Assembly (NCBI GenBank): GCA_051942205.1
Contig: JAVECO010000131.1
Location: 46,120 to 66,119 of the forward strand
Source of the DNA: Coniocarpon cinnabarinum
Lineage: Eukaryota
Direction: 5' to 3'
Length of the DNA: 20,000 bases
Numbering within the stretch: the first letter of the stretch is position 1; every line of letters starts with the position of its first letter. Positions 19,742 through 20,000 of the stretch are shown in pieces. The notes beneath the pieces are model-generated. The model worked only from the letters and a program-made list of their open reading frames with translations, was not told where the DNA came from and did no database searches. Made by a program: the position numbers and the translations under genes.

Positions 19742-20000
19742 TTGCCCGCGCCCACACCGCCCATTGCTTGCCGACAACTGGAGTGCTTACCTACCGTCGT
19801 TCCTCGCCTCAACACTGACCCGCCGGCGCCCACATGCCCAACACTCGAGACGACTCGAGACCGACCATCGTTCATGTCCTCTGCACACCAACGCCCAGCC
19901 CACGCTTGGCCACGCGCGGTACGGCCCACTCTGACATGGCACGACACGCACATCAACCACATCGCTCCCTCCGTGCTCCCTCCTTCCCCTTCCCCCCACC

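Overview
Eukaryotic DNA, most likely a filamentous ascomycete: short GT-AG introns with CTRAC branch points and Pezizomycotina-type gene families. Four genes are well supported: a GH28 endopolygalacturonase (minus, 3 exons, 365 aa), a secreted type-B carboxylesterase (minus, 2 exons, 575 aa), an AA11-type lytic polysaccharide monooxygenase with a C-terminal Cys-rich module (minus, 1 exon) and an Mtr-like amino acid permease (plus, 4 exons, 479 aa). Manual splicing reveals two genes that the ORF track fragments. One is a 56-aa, 48% glycine microprotein (4561-4780, minus). The other is a 259-aa protein resembling the AflR-type C-terminal region of Zn2Cys6 regulators but with no visible zinc cluster (18341-19286, minus). 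The window also holds a partial gene at the left edge, a 17-bp minisatellite, a CACGTG cluster and about 5 kb (13000-18300) with no confident gene. No RNA genes, CRISPR arrays or recognisable transposons were seen. All family assignments come from motif recognition by eye, not database searches.
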